Positions 17,625 to 27,450 of a stretch of 64,000 bases of DNA are shown here, piece by piece. The stretch comes from an uncultured Chloroflexia bacterium. GTDB lineage: Bacteria; Chloroflexota; Limnocylindria; Limnocylindrales; CSP1-4. Positions within the stretch are counted from its first letter, which is position 1. Each line of letters opens with the position of its first letter. A model generated the notes under the pieces. That model worked only from the letters and a program-made list of their open reading frames with translations, did not search any database and had not been told where the DNA came from. The position numbers and the translations under genes are program-made. Location: assembly GCA_963766735.1 (NCBI GenBank), contig CAVYBU010000003.1:160001-224000 (forward strand). The letters run 5' to 3'.

Positions 17625-18698
17625 TCAGCCGGCGATTGCGAAGACGGGTGAGGGGCGGATGTCGAGGCGTACAGCTGCGCCGGGTTGAAGCTGGACGAAC
17701 TCTGCGGCGGCCATCTGGGCCACGATGAGCTCGTCCGTCGGGAGCATGACCTGCACGCGGCAGACGGATCCCAGGAAGCTCACCGCCACCACGCGGGCGG
17801 CGGCACCGGGCTCGGGGATGAGCGTGACGGACTCCGGCCGCACGAGCGCCGTGACCCGCCCGGGTCCGGCCGATCCCTCCAGCAGCGGCACGCTGGCGCC
17901 GAGCAGCTCGACTCGGCCGTCGGCCGCGGTGCCGGCGATCCGGTTCGTCAGGCCCACGAACTCGGCGACGAACGGCGTCCGGGGCCGGTCGTACAGCTCC
18001 GTCGGCGCCGCGATCTGCTCGAGCCGGCCGGTGGACATGACGCCGACCCGATCACCCAGCGCCAGTGCCTCCTCCTGGTCGTGGGTCACGAACAGCGTCG
18101 TCGTGCCCACGGCGATCTGGATTCGGCGGATCTCGTCGCGCAGGACCCGGCGGACCTTCGCGTCGAGGGCCGAGAGGGGCTCGTCGAGCAGGAGGACCTG
18201 GGGTTCGATCGCCAGGGCCCGGGCGAGGGCGACGCGCTGCTGCTGCCCGCCCGAAAGCTGGTACGGGTAGCGGTTTCCCTGCTTCCCCAGGCCGACCAGT
18301 TCCAGCATCTCGTCCGCCCGCCGGCCGCGGCTCTGGCCGTCCTTCCCCCGCAGGCGCAGGCCGTAGGCCACGTTGTCCCGGGCGGTCATGTTCGGGAACA
18401 GGCTGTAGGCCTGGAAGACCATGCCCATGTCGCGCTTGTTCGCGGGGACGTCGGTGATGTCGCGCCCATCGACCACGATCCGTCCGTTGTCCGGCACGTC
18501 GAGCCCGGCCAGCGCCCGCAGCGCCGTGGTCTTGCCGCAGCCGGACGGGCCCAGGAGCGCGACCAGCTCCCCCGGCGCGATGTCGAGATCGAAACCGTCG
18601 AGGGCATGCACGGCGCCGTAGTAGCGGTGCAGGCCCTGGAACTGGACGGCGACACCGGTCCGGCCTTCGAGCGCCGAGATCGCGGGAGTGAGGGACAT
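17625..18698 (-). CDS. ABC transporter ATP-binding protein (PotA-like, TOBE domain)
   Basis: GPSGCGKTT, VFQAYSLFP, LSGGQQQR and LLLDEPLSALD motifs. Confidence 0.92.
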   Translation of the reverse strand: MSLTPAISALEGRTGVAVQFQGLHRYYGAVHALDGFDLDIAPGELVALLGPSGCGKTTALRALAGLDVPDNGRIVVDGRDITDVPANKRDMGMVFQAYSLFPNMTARDNVAYGLRLRGKDGQSRGRRADEMLELVGLGKQGNRYPYQLSGGQQQRVALARALAIEPQVLLLDEPLSALDAKVRRVLRDEIRRIQIAVGTTTLFVTHDQEEALALGDRVGVMSTGRLEQIAAPTELYDRPRTPFVAEFVGLTNRIAGTAADGRVELLGASVPLLEGSAGPGRVTALVRPESVTLIPEPGAAARVVAVSFLGSVCRVQVMLPTDELIVAQMAAAEFVQLQPGAAVRLDIRPSPVFAIAG

Positions 18699-19528
18699 CA
18701 GGCGACCCCTTCTTCGATGGACTCTTCGACGTGCCGTCGCTGGCCTCCAGCCACGACGGCGATGCCGAAGATGAGCACGAAGCCGAACAGCAGGGCGGCC
18801 AGCGAGACGGCGACCGAGAGGTACGAGTCCCGCTTGCCGAGCAGGTTGATGACGACCTGGAGGGTGTCGTAGTTGAGGAGCGAGGAGATCGTGAACTCAC
18901 CCAGCACGAGGGCCACGGAGATGACCGAGGCGGACAGGAGCGCGCCCCGGAGGTTGGGGACGATGATCTGGAGCATCACCCGGACCCAGCCGGCCCCGAG
19001 GCTCCGGGCGGCTTCTGCGAGCGTGATCACGTCGATCGACTTGAGACCGGCGTCGATCGCGCGGTGCGCGTACGGGAGGACCAGGATGATGTCGATGAAC
19101 ACCAGCACGAGCGGCGAGCCACGCGTGGCCCTGGTGAGCACCGAGTAGATCGGGACGATCCCGACGACGAGGACGACGGCCGGGATGGCGAGGGGCAGGA
19201 GGCACAGGAACTCGACCGGCCGCTTCAGCTGCGGAACCCTCAGGTAGGTCCAGGTCATCGTCGGCACGAGCAGCGTGAGCATGCCGACCGCGGTCAACGC
19301 CGCGATCGCGAGCGTCGTGATGATGGCCTCGACCAGGTTCGGGTCACCGCCGATGGCGATCCACGCGTCCATGGTCCGAGGGCCCTGGACGCCTCCCGTG
19401 ATGTCGCCGCGCGTCGAGAATTCGAACATGGACACCAGCGGCAGGATCAGGTACCCGCCCACGAGGACGAGGACCGCCCACCGCGCGAGCGAGCCCGGGA
19501 AGCGACGGCGCCGCCTCACCGGAGCCAC
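18698..19528 (-). CDS. ABC transporter permease (PotC-like)
   Basis: TM helices; EAARSLGA loop. Confidence 0.9.
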   Translation of the reverse strand: MAPVRRRRRFPGSLARWAVLVLVGGYLILPLVSMFEFSTRGDITGGVQGPRTMDAWIAIGGDPNLVEAIITTLAIAALTAVGMLTLLVPTMTWTYLRVPQLKRPVEFLCLLPLAIPAVVLVVGIVPIYSVLTRATRGSPLVLVFIDIILVLPYAHRAIDAGLKSIDVITLAEAARSLGAGWVRVMLQIIVPNLRGALLSASVISVALVLGEFTISSLLNYDTLQVVINLLGKRDSYLSVAVSLAALLFGFVLIFGIAVVAGGQRRHVEESIEEGVA

Positions 19529-20457
19529 CGCGACGCGCGTCGCTGGATCAGCGCGTACAGGGTCATGACGACGGCCACGACGATGACCATGCCCAGGGCG
19601 AGTGCCTTGCCCACGTTCGCCTGGCCCAGGATGACCTCACTGGTCAGTGCTTCCCGGATCTGAAGGGGCACAATCGGGCTGCCCTGGCTGACCAGCGCGG
19701 CGGCCGTGGCGTAGGCCGAGAACGCGTTCGCAAACAGCAACAGGACGGCGCCGAGGAAGCTCGGAGCCAGGATCGGGCCGCCCACGTGCCGCCAGTAGGA
19801 CCAGGCGGAGCCGCCGAGGCTGGTGGAGGCCTCCCGCCATTCCTTCCGCAGGCCGTCGAGCGCCGGCAGGAATACGATGACCATGAGTGGGATCTGGAAG
19901 TACGAGTAGACGACGGTGAGGCCGGTCATTCCGTACACCCAGGTGCTGTCCTTGGTCAGGTCGACCACGCCAAGGTCCTTGAGGGTGATCGTGGCAAAAC
20001 CGTTCAACCCCCAGGTCGCCAGGAAGCCGAAGGCGAGCATGACGCCGCCGAACTGGGCGAGGACGCTGGAACCCGCGACGGCGACCTGTCGGAGGCGGCC
20101 GCCGGGTCCGCCGGACGCCACGGCCCATGCGAGCAGCCCGCCGAACACGGCTCCCAGGAGCGCGGACACGAGCGACAGCTGGATGGAGCGGATGAATGCC
20201 TGGTGGAAGGTGGACCCGGTCAGCACGGTCGTGATGACGTCGAGCGTCGGCAGGCCGTCCTGGGTCTGGAAGGCGCCCACGGTGACGATCAGCGTGGGCA
20301 GGATCAGGAACAGCGCGACATAGCCGAAGAACGGCAGGGTCGGCAGATAGGCGCTCCGGGTCCGGGAGCGACTGGAACTGGCCCCGCCCGAGGCGGAGCC
20401 AGTTCCCGGTTCACGTTCCGACGTTGGCACGGACGCCAAGGTGTCGGTGCTAAGCAA
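19516..20457 (-). CDS. ABC transporter permease (PotB-like)
   Basis: YSYFQIPLMVIVFLPALDGL, WREASTSLGG; start approximate. Confidence 0.88.
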   Translation of the reverse strand: MLSTDTLASVPTSEREPGTGSASGGASSSRSRTRSAYLPTLPFFGYVALFLILPTLIVTVGAFQTQDGLPTLDVITTVLTGSTFHQAFIRSIQLSLVSALLGAVFGGLLAWAVASGGPGGRLRQVAVAGSSVLAQFGGVMLAFGFLATWGLNGFATITLKDLGVVDLTKDSTWVYGMTGLTVVYSYFQIPLMVIVFLPALDGLRKEWREASTSLGGSAWSYWRHVGGPILAPSFLGAVLLLFANAFSAYATAAALVSQGSPIVPLQIREALTSEVILGQANVGKALALGMVIVVAVVMTLYALIQRRASRWLR

Positions 20458-20475
20458 GCGAAGCCTGCACGGTTG

Positions 20476-21591
20476 TTACGGCAGCTCGATGTTCCAGTTG
20501 GTCGCGATGTAGTCCGTGACCGTCTTCACCTCGTCCTGGGTCAGGACGACGGGCGTGCCCTCGGCCTGCGCGACCGCGGCGAGCGCGGCCTGGTCGATCG
20601 TGCCGTCCCTGATCATCGCCTCCTGGAGGATCGGTCGAGCGAATCCCTTCAGCCACTCGTTCTGGGCCGCGGGCGAGTACAGGTACTCCATCCACAGGCG
20701 GGCGGCCGCCGGGTGCGGAGCGTCCTTGTTGATGGCCTGGATGTAGTACGCGGCGACCGGCGGTGCGTCGGACGGGATGACGACCTTCCAGTCGATCCCC
20801 TTGCTCACGAGGTCCGACGTGAGGCCCGCGTTGTTGTACTCCCAGTCGATGACGCACGGCGTCTGGCCGGCGGCGATGGTCGCCGGGGTCGGGTCGACGG
20901 GGAGAAGGTTGCCGGCCTCGTTGAGCTTGTTGAAGAAGTCAACGCCTGGGGCGATGTTGTCCGCGGCGCCTCCGTTGGCCAGCGAGGCCATGACCACGCC
21001 GTGCAGGGCGGCGCCAGCCGTCTTGGGGTTGCCGTTGAGGGCGATCGCGCCCTTGTATTCGGGCTTGAGGAGGTCCGCAACGGTGGCCGGAGCCGGGACC
21101 TTGGATGCGTCACAGCCGATGGACATGAAGCCCGCGTAGTCGCCCAACCACAGGCCGGTGGACTCCTTGAGGTTGTCCGGGACGTCCGCCCAAGCCGCGA
21201 CCTTGTACGGCGCGAAGAGCGCGGTGTTGGCGAGCGCGACGTTGACCCCGAGGTCGAACACGTCGGGCGCCTTGTCGGTGTCCTTCAGGTTGTTGGCGGC
21301 GTCGATCTCTTCCTGGCTGTTGGCGTCAGGGTTCGCCTCATCGACCTTGATGTTCGGGTACAACGCCTTGAAGCCGGCGATGACGCCCTTGTAGTTGGCC
21401 CACTCGGGCGGCAGGGCGATGACGTTGAGCTGGCCCTCGGCCTCGGCGGCCTTGACGAGCTCTTCCATGCCGCCAACGTCGGCAGCCGAGGTGGCGGTCT
21501 TGGCTTTGCTCGCGCTGTCGCCGCCACAGGCGGCCAGCGCGATGGCGGTCACCGCCAACGCCACGACGATTCGGGGTTTCATCCTGTTCAA
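20476..21591 (-). CDS. ABC transporter substrate-binding lipoprotein (polyamine/iron/thiamine class)
   Basis: Lipobox LAAC, EGQLNVIALPPEWANY and APHPAAARLWMEYLYS; GGAGGA before TTG 21591. Confidence 0.88.
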   Translation of the reverse strand: MNRMKPRIVVALAVTAIALAACGGDSASKAKTATSAADVGGMEELVKAAEAEGQLNVIALPPEWANYKGVIAGFKALYPNIKVDEANPDANSQEEIDAANNLKDTDKAPDVFDLGVNVALANTALFAPYKVAAWADVPDNLKESTGLWLGDYAGFMSIGCDASKVPAPATVADLLKPEYKGAIALNGNPKTAGAALHGVVMASLANGGAADNIAPGVDFFNKLNEAGNLLPVDPTPATIAAGQTPCVIDWEYNNAGLTSDLVSKGIDWKVVIPSDAPPVAAYYIQAINKDAPHPAAARLWMEYLYSPAAQNEWLKGFARPILQEAMIRDGTIDQAALAAVAQAEGTPVVLTQDEVKTVTDYIATNWNIELP

Positions 21592-21790
21592 GATCTGTCT
21601 CCTCCACGGAATGTCGGGACCCCCACAGGGGTGCACCCGTAATGGGGTGAGTTTACGCGCTCGTGGGCGTCTACTGCGAACCGCATTCACGCTGCGGCTG
21701 GGTGGCTCGGTTCACTCGCCGTGAGGCGACCGCTCAATCCCCACCCACTCGGTCGGCAATTCGGACGACGCGTTACACTCGGCAGCGCCC

Positions 21791-22187
21791 ATGGACGACC
21801 TGTATCGCGACTACATCCTCGAGCACTACCGGAAGCCCCACAACTTCGGGGTCCTCGATGAGCCGTCCGCCTCGTACGAAGGCGCCAACCCCCTGTGCGG
21901 TGACCGGATCACGATGCAGCTCACCGTGAAGGACGGCGTCGTCACCGAGGTCGGGTTCACCGGGCCGCGGCTGCGCGATCAGCCAGGCGTCCGCCTCCCT
22001 GCTGACCGACGAGGTCAAGGGCAGGCCCGTTGATGCCGTCGCCGGCTTCGGAGCGGACGACCTGCTGGAGTTGCTGGGCATCGAGATCAGCCCTGCCCGC
22101 CTCAAGTGCGCGATGCTCAGCTTCGAGTCCCTGCAGCACCTCCTGGACGAGACGGGCATCAAGCCGCTCACGAAGGACGCGGGCTGA
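21791..22187 (+). CDS. sufU: SufU/NifU-family Fe-S scaffold or sulfur acceptor (frameshift near 21961)
   Basis: LYRDYILEHYRKPHNFG, NPLCGD, then in the shifted frame GRGCAISQASAS and RLKCAML. Confidence 0.88.
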
Positions 22188-22209
22188 CAGCCGGAGCACC
22201 AGGGACCCC

Positions 22210-23415
22210 ATGCCCAGGACCTATGCAGAGCTTCTCCGGGAGGCCCGCGCCGAGATCAGGGAGGTCACGCCTGCCCAGGCGGACGCGCTCCGCCGCGAGG
22301 GCGGCGTCGCGCTGATCGACGTCCGTGAGGCCCCCGAGTGGGACCAGGGCCACCTGCCCGGGGCCGTCCTGGTGGCCAAGAGCCACCTCGAGCAGGACAT
22401 CGAGGCGGCCGTGCCGTCCCGGCAGACGCCGGTCATCCTCTATTGCGCCGGCGGGATCCGCTCCCTGTTCGTCGGCCAGACAATGGCAGCGATGGGCTAC
22501 ACGGACGTCGCGTCGATGAGCGGCGGCTTCCAGGCGTGGAAGGCATTGGGTCTCGAGTGGACGCAGCCCGCCCGCCTCACGGACCAGCAGCAGCTCCGGT
22601 ACAGCCGCCACCTGCTGATCCCCGAGGTGGGGTCCTCCGGGCAGGCGAAGCTGCTGGGCTCGAGAGTCCTGCTGATCGGCGCCGGGGGCCTCGGGTCACC
22701 TGCCGCGCTCTACCTCGCCGCGGCGGGCGTGGGGACGCTCGGCCTCGTGGACTTCGACGTCGTCGACCTGTCCAACCTGCAGCGCCAGGTGATCCACGCC
22801 AGCGACCGGATCGGCGACAAGAAGGTCGAATCCGCGCGGAAGACAATCAACGCGCTCAACCCGGACGTGACCGTGGTTGCCCTGGACGAGATGCTCGTCG
22901 CGGGCAACGTGGATCGGATCATTGCCGGGTACGACGCCATCCTGGACGGCACCGACACCTTCGAGACGCGGTACCTCCTCAACGACGCGGCGGTCGCGGC
23001 CGGGATCCCGGTGGTGCACGCGTCCGTGTTCCGGTTCGAGGGCCAGCTGACCACGTTCGTCCCGTACGAGGGACCGTGCTACCGCTGCCTCTACCCGACG
23101 CCGCCTCCGCCCGAGCTGGCGCCCGGGTGCTCCGTGGCCGGGGTGCTGGGCGTGGTGCCCGGGATCATGGGGATCCTCCAGGCGAACGAGATCCTCAAGC
23201 TGCTGCTGGGGATCGGCACGACGCTCGCCGGCCGGCTGATCCTGTTCGATGCCCTCGAGACCGAGTTCACGGAGCTGACGCTGGGCCGGGATCCGGCCTG
23301 CCCCGTCTGCTCGGACGCGGCCCGGGCCGCCCGCGAGGCGGGTGCGCCGCTCGCCGTGCCCGATCCCGCGAGCGGGGTGTTCACGCTCGGCGGGGCTCGA
23401 GCGACCCCAGGTTGA
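22210..23415 (+). CDS. moeB: Rhodanese-MoeB/ThiF fusion (MoeZ-like E1 adenylyltransferase/sulfurtransferase)
   Basis: N-terminal rhodanese YCAGGIRS; RYSRHLLIPEVG, GAGGLGSP, SNLQRQV, PCYRCLYP and CPVC. Confidence 0.9.
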   Translation: MPRTYAELLREARAEIREVTPAQADALRREGGVALIDVREAPEWDQGHLPGAVLVAKSHLEQDIEAAVPSRQTPVILYCAGGIRSLFVGQTMAAMGYTDVASMSGGFQAWKALGLEWTQPARLTDQQQLRYSRHLLIPEVGSSGQAKLLGSRVLLIGAGGLGSPAALYLAAAGVGTLGLVDFDVVDLSNLQRQVIHASDRIGDKKVESARKTINALNPDVTVVALDEMLVAGNVDRIIAGYDAILDGTDTFETRYLLNDAAVAAGIPVVHASVFRFEGQLTTFVPYEGPCYRCLYPTPPPPELAPGCSVAGVLGVVPGIMGILQANEILKLLLGIGTTLAGRLILFDALETEFTELTLGRDPACPVCSDAARAAREAGAPLAVPDPASGVFTLGGARATPG

Positions 23416-23864
23416 GTCACCCCGGACCGGCCGCAGTCGTCCTGCCGGCGGCGATCGCTGCGTCGATCCGGTCGCAGGCGCGAGCCGAGAGTCCCAACGA
23501 GGCCTGCGGGCTCATCGTCGGGTCCGCCCCGGCAGCCTCGGGCGGGCGCGCTCTCCGGTACGAGGTGTGCCGAAACGCGGCCACCTCACCAGTCCTCTAC
23601 GAGATCGACCCTCACGACCTCCTCCGCGTGGCCGTCGCCGCCGACGAGGCCGATGAGGTCTTCTGGGGGATCGTCCACTCTCACGTCGGGTCGCCGGCTG
23701 TCCCGTCGCCCACGGACATCGGGCTGGCGTTCTTCCCGGACGCGCTCTACATCCTCGTGTCGCTCGCAGCCGACCAGGCCGATCCCGTGACCGGAACGGC
23801 GTCGCTGCGCGCATGGCGGATCCTCGACGGTGCCGTCCACGAGGTCGGCCTGGAGGTCATCTGA
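23412..23864 (+). CDS. M67 family JAB/Mov34 metallopeptidase (Mec-like)
   Basis: PNEACGLI and IVHSHVGSPAVPSPTD (JAMM HxHx7Sx2D); overlaps the moeZ stop. Confidence 0.88.
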   Translation: MSHPGPAAVVLPAAIAASIRSQARAESPNEACGLIVGSAPAASGGRALRYEVCRNAATSPVLYEIDPHDLLRVAVAADEADEVFWGIVHSHVGSPAVPSPTDIGLAFFPDALYILVSLAADQADPVTGTASLRAWRILDGAVHEVGLEVI

Positions 23865-24280
23865 TGGACACCGATCGGGGGCGCCTCGCCTGGCTGGCCG
23901 CCGGCTCGCTCGCGCTGGTCGGCGGGACGCTGCTCGGGTGGAGCGGCGAGCTCCTGGACGCCATCGCGAACCCGCCGGACATCGTACGAGCGGCTCTCGT
24001 GGGCGTCAGCGTGGTGGCGGCGATGTGGTGCCTGGTGCAGGCGGTGCAGCGGCTGGAGGCAGGCCGGCACCTCCCCGCCGGGGCGATGAGCGGACGCGAT
24101 ATCGCGATCCTCGTCCGCGGCGTGCGCTTCGTGTTCCTGGCCGTGGCCGCCCTGTCCGCGGCAGCCGGGTGGCTCATCGGACACCCGTTGCCGATCGTCG
24201 TGGCGCTCGTCATCGCCGGCGTCGACGTCCTCGAGACCACGTTCCTCCTGATCGTCGTGGCGCTCCGCACCGACGGCTGA
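23864..24280 (+). CDS. Hypothetical membrane protein
   Basis: Hydrophobic 138-aa ORF, TGATG-coupled to the JAB gene. Confidence 0.65.
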   Translation: MDTDRGRLAWLAAGSLALVGGTLLGWSGELLDAIANPPDIVRAALVGVSVVAAMWCLVQAVQRLEAGRHLPAGAMSGRDIAILVRGVRFVFLAVAALSAAAGWLIGHPLPIVVALVIAGVDVLETTFLLIVVALRTDG

Positions 24281-24364
24281 ACGGACCCGACCGAACGGCT
24301 CGCGCGCGCGGCCGGCTGCTGGCGCGCGGCCGGACCTTGACAGGCGTGATCGAGGTACGCACCC

Positions 24365-26005
24365 TTGCTCCCGACCGGCCGCCGCCGGCTCGCGGGCCGC
24401 CGCCGCATCAGCCCATCGAGCTGGATGATCGGGGAGAGACAGTGGCCGCAGTCAGCGCCGGGATCGACGTGGCTGTTGGACCTAGGACCGTCCGACTCCG
24501 AGGCGCGTCCGCTGCTCGATCGCCTGTTCGGGCTGGCCGTCGCCGTCGGCCTCCTCGTCAGCCTGCTCGTCGTTGTCCCCGGCATCCACGGCCACGCGAT
24601 CCTGCCCGCCCTGGACCTGGTGCTGGACACGATCGCGACGGTCGTCTGCATCGTCCTGACGACGCTCGCATGGGCCCGCTTCCGCGAGCGCCGCGTGATC
24701 GCCGCCGCCTACCACGCCGCCGCCTTCATGGCGCTGTCGGTCGCCTACGGCATCGCCGTGCTCGTCACCCTGCAGGAGGGCGGCGAGCCTGGCCGCGCCC
24801 GAGAGCACCCAGGTGCTTGTGTTCGCAGTCGCCCGGTTCGCCGCGGCGATCCTCTTCGTCGTCGCCGGCGTCTTCACGCGAACGGCCGACGTACGGCTGG
24901 AACCCCTCCTGGATCCTGGTTGCACCGACCCTCATCGTGCTCCTCGCCGCCCTCGTGGGCCGGTCGCTCGAGCCCGCCGCCGGATGTGCTGCAGATCGTC
25001 GCGTTCCCGGACGCGACCAGGGTTGCCGCACATCACCCCGCTGGGCGCGGTCATCCACTCCGTCACGGCCGTCCTGTTCTTCGCGGGGCATACGTGAGCC
25101 GGAGCCTGTGGCGCTGCCGGGCGCGCGGTGATCGACGCGTGGATCGCCATCGGCCTCGTGTGTCGCCGCCTTCGCGGAGCTGCAGTGGATCGCTCTACCC
25201 GAGCGCCCACCCCGGCCAGGTGTCGATCGCGGACCTGCTCCGGCTGGTGTGCTCCGCGTGCCTGCTCGCCGGGCTCGCGAGTGCGCTCCGCGCCGAGCCA
25301 GCGGGAGCTGCGAACGGCGAACATCGAGCTGGCCACGCTGCGCGACGTCGAGGTCGAGCGCGCAGCGATGGAGGAGCGCACGCGGCTGGCGCGCGAGCTG
25401 CACGACGGGCTGGCGCAGGACCTGTGGCTGGCCAAGCTCCGGATCGGCGAGCTGGTGAGCAGGGATGACCTGTCGGTCGAGGCCCGGCGGGCGGCCGAGA
25501 GCGGCCTCGCGGCCATCGACATCGGACTCGGCGGACGCGCGCGAGGCGGTCGCCACGCTGCGCAGCTCTGCGCACACCGACTCTGGCTTCTGCAGCCTGG
25601 TCCAGCGGACGGTCGAGGACTACGGCGACCGGTTCGGGCTTCGCGTCGAGTTCACCTTCGAAGGCGACCACACGACGCGGATTGCCGCCGCGGACCCAGG
25701 CCGAGATCCTGCGGATCACCCAGGAGGCCCTGACCAACGTCGCCCGGCATGCCGACGCCTCCCTGGTCGGCGTGCGTCTCGGGATCAACGACGAGCGGAT
25801 CACGCTCCGCGTCGCCGACAACGGGCACGGGTTCGAGGTTGCGACGGCCGGGCCTGAGAGCTACGGGCTGACGTCGATGCGGGAGCGGGCGGCGCTCATC
25901 GGCGGGCAGCTCAGGATCGCTTCTGCGGCCGAGACGGGCACGCTGGTCGTCCTGACGGCGCCGTTCGTTCCCTCGGCGCCGCCCGTCGAGGCAGAGCCGG
26001 CATGA
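24365..26005 (+). CDS. Membrane sensor histidine kinase, HisKA_3/NarX type (several frameshifts)
   Basis: Fragments give TM helices, EERTRLARELHDGLAQ (H-box), QEALTNVARHA, DNGHGF and YGLTSMRERA; start approximate. Confidence 0.85.
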
Positions 26006-26658
26006 CCGCGCCCGGCCCCGCGATCCGGGTGATGGTGGTCGACGACCATCCGCTCGTCCGAGCGGCCGTTGCGCGGGCGATCGCCGCCGACGGGATGGTC
26101 GTTGTCGCCGAGGCCTCGACGGCGGAGGAGGCGCTCGTGCTCGCGCCGCAGGTCGCGCCCGACATCCTGCTCCTGGACATCGCGCTGCCGGGCATGTCCG
26201 GGGTGGAGCTCGTCCGCGAGCTGGCGCCCCGGCTTCCCAACACCCGGATCGTGATGCTCACCGTGTCGTCCGCCGATCGCGACGTGGCGGCTGCGATGCG
26301 GTACGGCGCAAGCGGCTACCTGACCAAGGACCTCTCGCCGGAAGCACTCGTGCGATCGCTGCGGGCGACGCAGACCGGTGAGCTGGTCATCCCGCGGCGG
26401 CTCGCGGCCCGCCTCCTGGTCAAGGCCCTCCGGCGTCCTGCCCCGACCTCGACGGTCGAGGATGCGACCCTCGACCGGCTGACCGCCAGGGAGCGGGACA
26501 TCCTCCGCCTCCTCGCGGACGGCCTCAGCGATCGCGACATTGCCACGGCGCTCACGATCTCGAGGCGCACCGTCGAGTCACACGTGAGCAGCATCCTGCG
26601 CAAGCTCGAGGTGGGGAACCGCACCGAGGCCGCGCGCCGCTACCGGGACGAGTCCTGA
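26002..26658 (+). CDS. NarL/LuxR family response regulator
   Basis: VVDDHPLVR, LLDIALP, GYLTKD, LTARERDIL and ISRRTVESHVSSILRKL. Confidence 0.93.
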   Translation: MTAPGPAIRVMVVDDHPLVRAAVARAIAADGMVVVAEASTAEEALVLAPQVAPDILLLDIALPGMSGVELVRELAPRLPNTRIVMLTVSSADRDVAAAMRYGASGYLTKDLSPEALVRSLRATQTGELVIPRRLAARLLVKALRRPAPTSTVEDATLDRLTARERDILRLLADGLSDRDIATALTISRRTVESHVSSILRKLEVGNRTEAARRYRDES

Positions 26659-27177
26659 CCGACCGCCCCTCAGGACTCGGTCGTGCCGGGTGCAGCGGCT
26701 TGGCGCACCTGGCCGCTGGGGGCGCGGACCGGCCGCCTGGCGGGCCGCCTCGCGGGCGGCCGAGATCTCGACGCGAAGCAGATACGGATCCCCGGTCCGG
26801 ATCTCCACTCCGCGGCCGTCGCCGACGATCAGCCGGAGCGCACCGCCGGCCACGATCGCCTCGCTGATCTCGACGAGCGGGACGTCGACCGGAACCTGCC
26901 CCAGGCACACGAGGCGGGTGGTGGTCACGTAGAGGTCGCCGCGGAGAGCCAGCTCGGGGTCGCGAACGTCCTTGCGGCGCTCGATGGAGATGGCGTGGCG
27001 CACCGCGACGACGCGTTCTCCCGGGGCGAGCATCACGCCGATCCTCTCATCGGGTTCCACGGCCACGATCCCCTGCTCGCGGAGGCGACGACGAGCGTCG
27101 TCGACGGAGCCGTCCTCAGCGGAGGCGTTGTCGGCGTGCACCGGTTTGGAGTGTTCGAGGTCGGGCGGATGATCCAC
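26578..27177 (-). CDS. Hypothetical protein (possible PH/GRAM-like fold); 3' end uncertain
   Basis: LAPGERVV...GDLYVTTTRLVCLG pattern; GTG 27177 lies 6 nt after CATGCT; overlap with the regulator suggests a 3' indel. Confidence 0.55.
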   Translation of the reverse strand: MDHPPDLEHSKPVHADNASAEDGSVDDARRRLREQGIVAVEPDERIGVMLAPGERVVAVRHAISIERRKDVRDPELALRGDLYVTTTRLVCLGQVPVDVPLVEISEAIVAGGALRLIVGDGRGVEIRTGDPYLLRVEISAAREAARQAAGPRPQRPGAPSRCTRHDRVLRGGRSGLVPVAARGLGAVPHLELAQDAAHV

Positions 27178-27231
27178 GAGCCCAGCATGCGCGCCCGATG
27201 GCGGCTCCACAATCGGGCATCTTGCGGATGC

Positions 27232-27284
27232 GGTACGGATTTGTCTCGTCCGTACCCCCGTCTCACGGAGCCCAAAGATCCGTG
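27232..27284. promoter_or_regulatory. Two tandem inverted repeats YACGGA-N9-TCCGTR, candidate response-regulator sites
   Basis: GGTACGGA-N9-TCCGTACC (27232-27256) and CACGGA-N9-TCCGTG (27264-27284) in the divergent intergenic region. Confidence 0.55.
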
Positions 27285-27450
27285 TTCGCCCCCGTGGCAT
27301 CCCGGATGGCCCAATACGGCGATGCACCTAGGGTGGAGACCGTGCCGCCTTGTGCCGTCACTGAGACGGAGCTCGCGTGGGCGCGATCGAGGCCCTGACC
27401 CTGCCGGACGACCGCCGGGGGGCGGACCGGCTGAGGGAGAGAGGCATCGA

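Noticed and set aside
22210-23864. E1 plus JAB as a CBASS/Bil-type antiphage ubiquitination system
   Set aside because: The E1 is a rhodanese-fused MoeZ type; no E2, CD-NTase or effector is nearby
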